DNA from: an uncultured Candidatus Rokubacteria bacterium | GTDB lineage: Bacteria; Methylomirabilota; Methylomirabilia; Rokubacteriales; DASRDR01 | Assembly (NCBI GenBank): GCA_963826115.1 | Contig: CAWGVS010000010.1 | Coordinates: 384,001-448,000, forward strand | Length of the DNA stretch: 64,000 nucleotides | Direction: 5' to 3' | Shown here: piece after piece, positions 56,664 through 64,000 of the stretch | Layout: every line of letters starts with the position of its first letter | Numbering within the stretch: position 1 is the first letter of the stretch | Translations under genes and position numbers: made by a program | The notes under the pieces: model-generated | What the model was told of the DNA's origin: nothing | Seen by the model: only the letters and a program-made list of their open reading frames with translations | Databases searched by the model: none

Positions 56664-57998
56664 ATGACCGTCACGGTCGTGAAGAACGCGACGTGCACCT
56701 TCTGCGGGTGCGTCTGCGACGACATCGAGCTCCACGCCGATGGCACGCGGATCCTCAAGAGCAAGAACGCCTGCAGCCTCGGCGACGCCTGGTTCCAGAA
56801 CCACACGGCCGAGCGCCTGTACCCCGACGCGCTGGTGGACGGGAAGCCCGCGACGCTCGACGCCGCGGTGGAGGCGGCCGCGAGCTTCCTCCACGCCGCG
56901 GACATGCCGCTCGTCTACGGCCTCAGCAACATCACCTGCGAGGCCCAGCGGGAGGCGGTGGCGATCGCCGAGCTGATCGGCGGCGTGATCGACAGCCACA
57001 CCTCCCTCTGACACGGCCCCACTGAGATAGCCGCCCAGTTGGGGGGCAAGGTGACGTGCACGCTGGGGGAAGTGAAGAACCGGGCGGACCTCATCATCTA
57101 CTGGGGCGGTAATCCGGCCGAGTGCCACCCGCGGCACTTCACGAAGTACACGCTGACCCAGAAGGGGAAGTACGTCCCGCAGGGCCGGAAGGGCCGCTAC
57201 ATGGTCCTGGTCGACATCCGCGAGACGCCCAGCGCGCGCGCGGCCGACCTGTTCCTCCAGATCCGGCCCGGCAAGGACTTCGAGGTCGTCACCACGCTCC
57301 TGGCGCTCGTGAAGGGCCGCCCGGTGGACGCCGAGCGCGTCGCCGAGACTGGCATGACGGTCGAACAGCTCCAGGACCTCGCGGACCGGATGAAGCGCGC
57401 CCGCTTCGGCGTCCTGTTCTTCGGGATGGGCCTGTCGATGACGCGGGGGAAGCACATGAACTCCGCGTCGGTCCTGACCCTGGTCACGGCGCTGAACGCC
57501 TACACGAAGTTCGTCGCCATGCCGATGCGGGGCCACGGCAACGTGACCGGCGCCGACATGGTGATCCGCTGGACGACGGGCTACCCGTTCGGCGTCAACC
57601 TGGCCCGCGGCTACCCCCGCTTCAATCCCGGCGAGTTCTCGACCGTGGACCTCCTCGTCCGCGGCGACAACGACGCCGCGCTCATCCTGGGGGCCGATCC
57701 GGGCGCCACGATGCCCCAGCCCGGCATCGAGCACCTGCGCCGCATCCCGACGATCGTCCTCGACCCGAAGGTGACCCACACCAGCCGCATGGCGCGCGTG
57801 CACATCACGACCGCCGCCACCGGCATCAGCGCGCCCGGCACCGTGTACCGCATGGACGAGGTGCCGCTCCCGCTCCGGCCCGCCCTCAGCTCCCCGTACC
57901 CGACCGACGAGGAGGTCCTGCGCCGCATCCGCCGGGCCGTCGCGGCGAAGCCGGCCTGGACGCCGGCGGCGTCGAACGGTCGACCGCGCTCCGCCTGA
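56664..57998 (+). CDS. fwdB: formylmethanofuran dehydrogenase subunit B, selenocysteine-containing (TGA 57009-57011, codon 116), 444 aa
   Basis: CTFCGCVCDD...C [4Fe-4S] motif; DSHTSL-U-HGP...TCTLGEVKNRAD; WG.NP...HPRH; MRGHGNV; the two ORF halves are in the same frame. Confidence 0.9.
57012..57053 (+). promoter_or_regulatory. candidate bacterial SECIS hairpin
   Basis: CCCCACTG (57017-24) pairs with CAGT-T-GGGG (57036-44); outer CAC/GTG pair; rare ACT, ATA and TTG codons cluster here. Confidence 0.6.
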
Positions 57999-58003
57999 CC
58001 GCG

Positions 58004-59638
58004 ATGCTCCGCATCACCGGCGGGAAGGTCTACGATCCCGCCAACGGCGTGGACGGCGAAGTCCGGGACGTCGCCATCGCGGATGGCCGGATCGTGTCCC
58101 ACGTCGAGGGCGGGCGGACGATCGACGCGACGGGCATGGTCGTCGTCCCCGGTGGCGTCGACGCCCACACCCACGTGGCCGGCGCCGCGCTCAACTTCGC
58201 GCGCGCCATGACCCCGGAAACCCAGCGGCAGGCGCTTCCGTTCCTCCACACGCCGGAGCGGCGGATGGGGCTCGGCGGCCTCACGCCCACGACCTTCGCC
58301 ACCGGGTACCTCTACGCCGGCATGGGCTACACGACGGTCACCGAGGCCGCGGTGCCGGTGCTCACCGCCAAGCACACGCACGAGGAGCTCCGCGACACGC
58401 CGATCCTCGACAAGGCGTGCCTGCTCCTCATGGCCAACAACGAGATCGTGATGGACCTCCTGGAGGCCGGGGAGACGGAGCGCGCCGGTCACGTCGTGGC
58501 CTGGCTCATCTGGGCCGCCAAGACGTACGGCGTGAAGGCGGTCAACCCGGGCGGCGTGGCGGCCTGGAAGTGGGGCGGGAACGCGAAGGGGCTCACCGAT
58601 CCGATCGAGGGCTACCGCACCGTGACCCCGGCCCGGATCATCGAGAGCCTGGCGGATATCATCGACGGCCTCGGGCTCCCGCACCCGCTCCACCTTCACT
58701 GCAACGCGCTCGGCATGCCGGGCAACGTCGCGACCACGCTCGAGACCATGCGGATATTGGAGGGCCGCCGGGCCCACCTGGCGCACCTCCAGTTCCACGC
58801 GTACGGCGGCGACGACTGGGCCACGATGCGCTCGGAGGCGCCGGCGGTCGCCGAGTACTTCAACGCGCACCCGGGCTTCACGGCCGACGCCGGCGCGATC
58901 CTGTTCGGGAACGCCATGACGATCACCGCCGACGGGCCCTGGCAGCACCTGCTCCACGAGCTGACCGGGCGCAAGTGGGGCAACATCGACGTCGAGAACG
59001 AGACGGGGTGCGGCATCGTGCCGTACGTCTACAAGAAGCGCAGCCTCGTCAACGCGGTGCAGTGGGCGACGGGGCTCGAGCTCCTGCTGCTCGTCACCGA
59101 CCCCTGGCGGATCTTCCTGACCACCGACCATCCGAACGGAGCCGGCTTCTGGCGCTACGCGGAGATCGTCCAGCTCCTGACGGACGTGGACTACCGCCGG
59201 GAGCGGGTGAAGAGCCTGCCGACCAAGGCGCTCAAGCGGATCGTGCTCCCGGAGCTCGACCGCCGGTACACGCTGTCGGAGATCGTGACCATCACCTCCG
59301 CGGGGCCGGCGCGGGCTCTCGGCCTCTCGCGGAAGGGGCATCTCGGCGTCGGCGCGGACGCGGACGTGGCGATCTACTCCGAGCGCGCGGGCGTCGTGGC
59401 GATGTTCCAGTCGCCCCGCTACGTCCTGAAGGGCGGCGAGATCGTCGTCGAGGAGGGCCAGGTCCGGGCGGTGACCGAGGGCCGCGAGTTCGTCGTCCGG
59501 CCCGCCTTCGATCCCGGCATCGAGGACTACCTCCGGCCGGTGTTCCAGCAGTCCTACACCATGTCCTTCGACAACTACCCGGTCGAGGCCGAACGCGTCC
59601 ACGGCATGGAGCTGGCCGAGTGCCGGCCCCGCGCGTGA
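58004..59638 (+). CDS. fwdA: formylmethanofuran dehydrogenase subunit A (amidohydrolase)
   Basis: VYDP.NG, D.HTH.AG, YA.MGYTT, K.VNPGG, HLHCN.LG.PGN, H.QFH.YG, E.ETGCG, TTDHPNG. Confidence 0.95.
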   Translation: MLRITGGKVYDPANGVDGEVRDVAIADGRIVSHVEGGRTIDATGMVVVPGGVDAHTHVAGAALNFARAMTPETQRQALPFLHTPERRMGLGGLTPTTFATGYLYAGMGYTTVTEAAVPVLTAKHTHEELRDTPILDKACLLLMANNEIVMDLLEAGETERAGHVVAWLIWAAKTYGVKAVNPGGVAAWKWGGNAKGLTDPIEGYRTVTPARIIESLADIIDGLGLPHPLHLHCNALGMPGNVATTLETMRILEGRRAHLAHLQFHAYGGDDWATMRSEAPAVAEYFNAHPGFTADAGAILFGNAMTITADGPWQHLLHELTGRKWGNIDVENETGCGIVPYVYKKRSLVNAVQWATGLELLLLVTDPWRIFLTTDHPNGAGFWRYAEIVQLLTDVDYRRERVKSLPTKALKRIVLPELDRRYTLSEIVTITSAGPARALGLSRKGHLGVGADADVAIYSERAGVVAMFQSPRYVLKGGEIVVEEGQVRAVTEGREFVVRPAFDPGIEDYLRPVFQQSYTMSFDNYPVEAERVHGMELAECRPRA

Positions 59639-59645
59639 CCCCCGC

Positions 59646-60455
59646 ATGATCACGCTGACGCTCACGCGGCCGCCGACCGTGCCCCTCGAGGCGGAGAGCA
59701 TCTCGCCGGACGTCATGGCGCCGCTCTCCCACGACGCGATCCGAGCCCTGCCGGTGCTCCTGGGGAAGCGGCAGCGCCGTCTCGACGACTTCTTCGCGGT
59801 CGAGGGCGTGGCGAGCGACGAGCTCCTGATCCGGGGCGACCTCGGGCGGGTCAAGTGGATCGGCCGGGGCATGACGCGCGGCCGCATCGCCATCGAGGGC
59901 AACGCGGGCATGCACCTCGGGGCCTCCATGCGGGGCGGGACGATCGAGGTCCGCGGCAACGTGTCCGACTGGCTGGGCGCCGAGATGTCGGGTGGGCTCA
60001 TCCGGGTCCGCGGCAACGCCGGCGGCCAGGTGGGGGCCGCCTATCGCGGCAGCCCCCGAGGGATGAACCAGGGGACGATCCTGATCGAGGGCTCGGCGGG
60101 CATCGAGCTGGGGATGCGGATGCGGCGCGGCGTCATCGCCGTCGCCGGTCCCGTGCGCGACTTCGCCGGGCTCCAGATGAAGGGCGGGACGATCTTCCTG
60201 CTGGGCGGGGCGGAGATCCGGACCGGCGCCTGGATGAGCCGCGGCACGATCGTCTCCATGAAGCCGCTCCACCTCCTGCCGACGTTCACCTACGCCTGCA
60301 CATATCAGCCCACGTTCCTGCGCCTCTACGCGCGACATCTCGAGACCCTCGGGTTGCCCATTCCCGCCGATTCCGGGGATGGGTCCTACCAGCGCTACAC
60401 GGGGGACACGTCGGGCCTGGGCAAGGGCGAGATCTTGGTGTGGGAGGCGCGGTAA
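59646..60455 (+). CDS. fwdC: formylmethanofuran dehydrogenase subunit C
   Basis: EAE.ISPD, repeated G..M.GG.I.V.GN beta-helix units, LLPTF.Y, GD....GKGEI. Confidence 0.93.
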   Translation: MITLTLTRPPTVPLEAESISPDVMAPLSHDAIRALPVLLGKRQRRLDDFFAVEGVASDELLIRGDLGRVKWIGRGMTRGRIAIEGNAGMHLGASMRGGTIEVRGNVSDWLGAEMSGGLIRVRGNAGGQVGAAYRGSPRGMNQGTILIEGSAGIELGMRMRRGVIAVAGPVRDFAGLQMKGGTIFLLGGAEIRTGAWMSRGTIVSMKPLHLLPTFTYACTYQPTFLRLYARHLETLGLPIPADSGDGSYQRYTGDTSGLGKGEILVWEAR

Positions 60456-60590
60456 CCAGCGGGACACGACGGGGGTCGGCATGGCAGGCAGCATGACGCG
60501 TCGCGCCAGGGCGACCGAAGCCGTTCCGGTGGCACCCGCGGTCGACGCGAGGTCGTAGGGTACCCTGGAGGTCGCCACAGGGCGCCAGAC

Positions 60591-61460
60591 ATGCCTCTCC
60601 GCGTAACGAAGCCAGAGCTGGAGTTGGACGTCCCGAAGGGCGCCTCCGCCGTTCCCCACACGGTGGTCAGCTTCCGGGACCTGATTCCGGCCGTCCAGGA
60701 GGACGAGCTCGCCGTCGAGGAGCCGCTCGAGATCCGGCTGGGCGGTACGAGTCTCGCCGTGACCATGCGGACGCCCGGGCACGACGAGGAGCTCGTCGCG
60801 GGCCTGCTGCTCTCTGAGCGCGTGATCGAGGGCCCCGCCGACATCGACGTGATCGCCCACTACACCGGACCGGACGACGATCCCCGGGTCGGGAACGTGA
60901 TCAACGTCCTCCTGAACCGTCCCGGCCCCGCGATCCACCAGCGCCTCCACCGGAGCTTTTTCACGTCCTCCGCCTGCGGCCTCTGCGGCAAGACCTCGCT
61001 GGACGCGATCGACTTGGACTTCCAGCCCGTTGCCGGCGACGTCACGGTGTCCCTCGACGCGCTCTACACGCTCGTCCCCGCGCTGACCGCGGTGCAGGCG
61101 ACCTTCGAGCGGACGGGTGGCCTCCACGCGGCCGCGCTCTTCGACTCCACCGGGCAGCTCCTGGCGGTGCGGGAGGACGTGGGGCGGCACAACGCCGTCG
61201 ACAAGGTCGTCGGCCACATGCTGCTGACGGGCGGCCTGCCCCTCGACCGGCACATCCTGATGGTGAGCGGACGGGCGAGCTTCGAGATCATGCAGAAGGC
61301 GCTGGTGGCGCGGATCCCTGTCGTGGCCGCCATCTCGGCGCCGTCGAGCCTGGCGGTCCAGCTGGCGCTCGCCAACGGCGTGACCCTCATCGGCTTTCTG
61401 CGCCCCGGGCGGCTCAACGTGTACGCGAATTCCCACCGGCTCCGGCCGGAGCCTGCGTGA
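60591..61460 (+). CDS. fdhD: formate dehydrogenase accessory sulfurtransferase
   Basis: VEEPLEI, TMRTPG.D.EL, SACGLCG, TGG.HAA, EDVGRHNA.DK, SAPSSLA. Confidence 0.95.
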   Translation: MPLRVTKPELELDVPKGASAVPHTVVSFRDLIPAVQEDELAVEEPLEIRLGGTSLAVTMRTPGHDEELVAGLLLSERVIEGPADIDVIAHYTGPDDDPRVGNVINVLLNRPGPAIHQRLHRSFFTSSACGLCGKTSLDAIDLDFQPVAGDVTVSLDALYTLVPALTAVQATFERTGGLHAAALFDSTGQLLAVREDVGRHNAVDKVVGHMLLTGGLPLDRHILMVSGRASFEIMQKALVARIPVVAAISAPSSLAVQLALANGVTLIGFLRPGRLNVYANSHRLRPEPA

Positions 61461-61498
61461 CGACGGCCGAGGAGGCCGCGCCTCGCGCGGCCCGGCGC

Positions 61499-61684
61499 TT
61501 ACGACGGAGTGGCGCCCTGGCGAAGGCGGTCGATGAGCGCCGTCACCTCTTCGAGGCGCGCGCGCACCTCCCGCTCGGACTCGCGTATCTCCTCCAGCGA
61601 AGACCGGTTCTGAACCGCGTCCTCGTACGCGGTCACGGCCACACCGAACACCCTCAGGAGGCGGCGGGTCTCGTCGCTGGGCAT
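61499..61684 (-). CDS. small helical hypothetical protein (61 aa)
   Basis: MPSDETRRLLRVFGVAVTAYED...; GAAGGAAGG RBS; overlaps the AOR 3' end. Confidence 0.55.
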   Translation of the reverse strand: MPSDETRRLLRVFGVAVTAYEDAVQNRSSLEEIRESEREVRARLEEVTALIDRLRQGATPS

Positions 61685-63501
61685 CGATGTCCTTCCTTCT
61701 CGGCCGCGGGAATTCCGAGCTCGGTGGCCTTCCATTGGGGAACGAACCCGTGTTCGTCCCACTGCCTCGCCTCGTAGTAGCCGCCCACCATCTCGCGTAG
61801 CTCGTCTCGAGACAACCCGATGCCGGCGGCGACCCCGGTCGGCAGCGATTCGCTCAGCAATCGCTCGGGCAGCCAGTCGTCCTCGGGTTGCCAGCGCTCT
61901 CGGATGTTGAAGAGCTTCTTCAGCGTGTGGATGCGTTCGCCCGCGCGACGTAACTCCGCGCCCGTGTAGTCCCAGCCCGTCACTGCGGCGAGCATCTCCG
62001 CGGCTTCCGCGTAGAAGTCGGTGAAGCACTTCCGCAGAAACTTGCAGACGATCAGCGAGTCCAGCACCGCGGCGAAGTCTTCCGACGCCGCGACCAGGGT
62101 GCCCCGGCTCGCGTCACCGCGGAATCGATCCACCTCGCCGGAAAAGTCGGCTTCGTACGCGCCCGACCGGTTGTGACAGGCGCCGCGCGGGCTGACGGCC
62201 AGGCCCAGCGCCATGGTCTTCAGGCTTCGCGGGTCGTACCCCGGAAGCTCGAGACCCTTCACCTGCATCGCCCAGTAGCCACTGTCCCGGCCGGTCTCGA
62301 TCGCGGCGCGTTTCGATCCCTCGGCCAGGAGATCGCCCACGCCTTCCCGATTGGCAATCGCGCCGATCGTGGCCAGGACCGCTTCGCCGTGGCCGAAGCG
62401 CAATCCGAGCGCCTCCGCCTCGGGCAGCACTCCCTTCTGGACGCTCTCGATCGCCCATGCGAGCGTGCCGCCGGTGCTGATCGTATCGAGACCATAGCGA
62501 TCGCAGAGACGAGCCGCGGCGAGCACGACCTCGGGATCGCTGATGCCGCAGAGCGGCCCGAGCGCAAACAAGGTCTCGTACTCGAGCCTCTGTTCTTCGC
62601 CGCCGCGCGACGCGAAGAGCCGCTCGCAGCGAATCGAGCAAGATGCGCAGCCGTGCCGGCGGCTGAAGCTCGTTTCGGTCAGCGACTCCCCGGTCAGGGC
62701 ATCGGCCTCTTCGAAGGTGGCCTGCTGGAAGTTGCGCGTGGGCAGCGTGCCGAGGCGGTTGAACACCGCCAGGTTGGCGACGGTCCCGACGAGCCGGTAC
62801 TTGGCGGTCACCGCGCCGAGGCTGCGGCGTCGCAGCGACTCGGCGATGGCGCTCACCTGTCGGGGATCCGCGACCAACGTGGCCCGGTCGCCGGACACTG
62901 CGATGGCCTTCAGGTTCTTGGACCCCATCACTGCGCCGACGCCGCCCCGGCCGGCATGGCGACCCTCGTTGCTGATGGTGGCGAAGCGGACCCGGTTCTC
63001 GCCGGCGCTGCCAATGGACGCCACCCACGCGCCCCGGCACCCCCCGTCGGAGCGGATGAACGATTGCGTCTCCTCCGGGGTCTTCCCCCTCAGCTGGTCG
63101 GCCGCTCGAATCTCGACCTCCTCGCCACGGATGAACAGGTAGACCAAGGACGGCGCCTGGCCGGTGATCACCAGAGCATCGATGCCGAGCCGCTTCAGCT
63201 CCAGGGCGAAGTGGCTCGACGAGAGCGAGTCCGCGATGAATCCGGTCAACGGCGACTTGGTGACGACCGCGAACTTCGCCGTCGTGGTGAGACCGGTTCC
63301 GACCAGGGGTGCGGTTGCGAAGATCAGGGGGTTGTCGGCTGACAGTGGATCGACTCCCGGGGGCGCATAGTCGTGGAGCAGGCTCACCCCAAGGCCTATG
63401 CCGCCCATGTACATGCGCAGCCGCGACTCTTCCAGGTCGTGGTGCGCGCTACGCCCGCTCGTCAGATCGATGTGCAGGACGCGGCCGGAAAAGCCGTGCA
63501 C
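61654..63501 (-). CDS. aor: aldehyde:ferredoxin oxidoreductase family (tungstopterin) enzyme
   Basis: G..GR.L.IDL, KSPLTG, GRGG.GAVMGSKNLKAI, CASCSIRC, EYET, CD.YGLDTIS, YDPR, RGACH; GTG start. Confidence 0.92.
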   Translation of the reverse strand: MHGFSGRVLHIDLTSGRSAHHDLEESRLRMYMGGIGLGVSLLHDYAPPGVDPLSADNPLIFATAPLVGTGLTTTAKFAVVTKSPLTGFIADSLSSSHFALELKRLGIDALVITGQAPSLVYLFIRGEEVEIRAADQLRGKTPEETQSFIRSDGGCRGAWVASIGSAGENRVRFATISNEGRHAGRGGVGAVMGSKNLKAIAVSGDRATLVADPRQVSAIAESLRRRSLGAVTAKYRLVGTVANLAVFNRLGTLPTRNFQQATFEEADALTGESLTETSFSRRHGCASCSIRCERLFASRGGEEQRLEYETLFALGPLCGISDPEVVLAAARLCDRYGLDTISTGGTLAWAIESVQKGVLPEAEALGLRFGHGEAVLATIGAIANREGVGDLLAEGSKRAAIETGRDSGYWAMQVKGLELPGYDPRSLKTMALGLAVSPRGACHNRSGAYEADFSGEVDRFRGDASRGTLVAASEDFAAVLDSLIVCKFLRKCFTDFYAEAAEMLAAVTGWDYTGAELRRAGERIHTLKKLFNIRERWQPEDDWLPERLLSESLPTGVAAGIGLSRDELREMVGGYYEARQWDEHGFVPQWKATELGIPAAEKEGHRCPATRPAAS

Positions 63502-63503
63502 CG

Positions 63504-63998
63504 CTAGCCCCCCGCGTCCGCCGAGAGTATGACGATGTTGTCTCCCGGATTGACGGTGACCGTCGGCGTGCGGATGAAGTCCAGGCCGTTCACGTTGCAC
63601 GCAAAGCCGTCGATGAGGCGAGCCCGATCGGGGGCGATGACCCTGCCAACCAACACCGGCAGCTCGGCGGCGAGCGCCGCATAGACCTCGGAGAACGTCG
63701 CCCCCGCGGGCAGGCTGAGCGACACCTCCCTGGTGTGGGCCAGGAAGCGCGCAGCGCCGAACAGCTCGACGGTGCACTGAATCGTGGCATCCGAGCGCAG
63801 GCCGGGTGATCGGCGCGCCTGGCTCCAGCGCCTCTGCGCCTCTGCGTAGTCCTCCGGCGTGTTCATGTTGAAGAAGCTCGAACCGTCGGGGTCGAAGCGG
63901 CGAATCTCCTCCTCGTCGACCCTGCGGGTGCGAACGCGATCGAACAGATAGACGGGCCTCAGCTGCCCGCGCGCGAGGAGCTCCGCGAGGTGCGGTAG
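63504..63998 (-). CDS. MobA-like nucleotidyltransferase C-terminus fused to a MoaD/ThiS domain (5' end outside the window)
   Basis: Open frame from the window end: ...FDPDGSSFFNMNTPEDY (MobA C-terminal motif), then VELFG.AR...NVNG...ILSADAGG. Confidence 0.78.
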   Translation of the reverse strand, partial: LPHLAELLARGQLRPVYLFDRVRTRRVDEEEIRRFDPDGSSFFNMNTPEDYAEAQRRWSQARRSPGLRSDATIQCTVELFGAARFLAHTREVSLSLPAGATFSEVYAALAAELPVLVGRVIAPDRARLIDGFACNVNGLDFIRTPTVTVNPGDNIVILSADAGG

Positions 63999-64000
63999 CA

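Noticed and set aside
57009-57011. fwdB as a nonsense pseudogene or two separate genes
   Set aside because: The stop sits exactly at the ligand Cys, both halves are intact and in frame, a hairpin follows, and the rest of the operon is intact
56056-60455. Ordinary methylotroph fhcBADC
   Set aside because: No formyltransferase gene between A and C; FwdD and FdhD are present and the B subunit keeps its Fe-S and metal ligands

Overview
Very GC-rich, gene-dense bacterial chromosomal window with no rRNA, CRISPR array or intact mobile element. The gene content (GYD, DGPF/YciI, pirin, ebo, cytochrome cL-like) suggests a soil bacterium such as Ca. Rokubacteria, which is inference only. In order it holds: hisZ-purA; a tRNA-Lys(UUU) with a degenerate copy of its own 5' half about 1 kb upstream; an amidase/Ldh2 pair; a cytochrome c / PQQ-dehydrogenase / cytochrome c block running into an ebo cluster split into two convergent halves (eboDEC and eboABF); a sugar ABC transporter; a TetR-RND efflux operon; an ECF42-type sigma factor with two back-to-back TGTCGA-N17-CGAC promoters and three DGPF proteins plus a BNR-propeller/MoaD pair; GH15; and a class III aminotransferase with an ABC transporter. 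The headline is at the right end: a fwdD-fwdB-fwdA-fwdC-fdhD operon in which fwdB is split by an in-frame TGA exactly at the metal-ligand Cys (S-L-U-H-G-P), followed by a SECIS-like hairpin. This points to a selenocysteine-containing, catalytically complete, methanogen-type formylmethanofuran dehydrogenase in a bacterium. It lacks ftr and converges on an aldehyde:ferredoxin oxidoreductase and a MobA-MoaD fusion. Several genes carry single-base frameshifts that look like sequencing or assembly indels. All product calls come from motif recognition by eye; no database searches were run.
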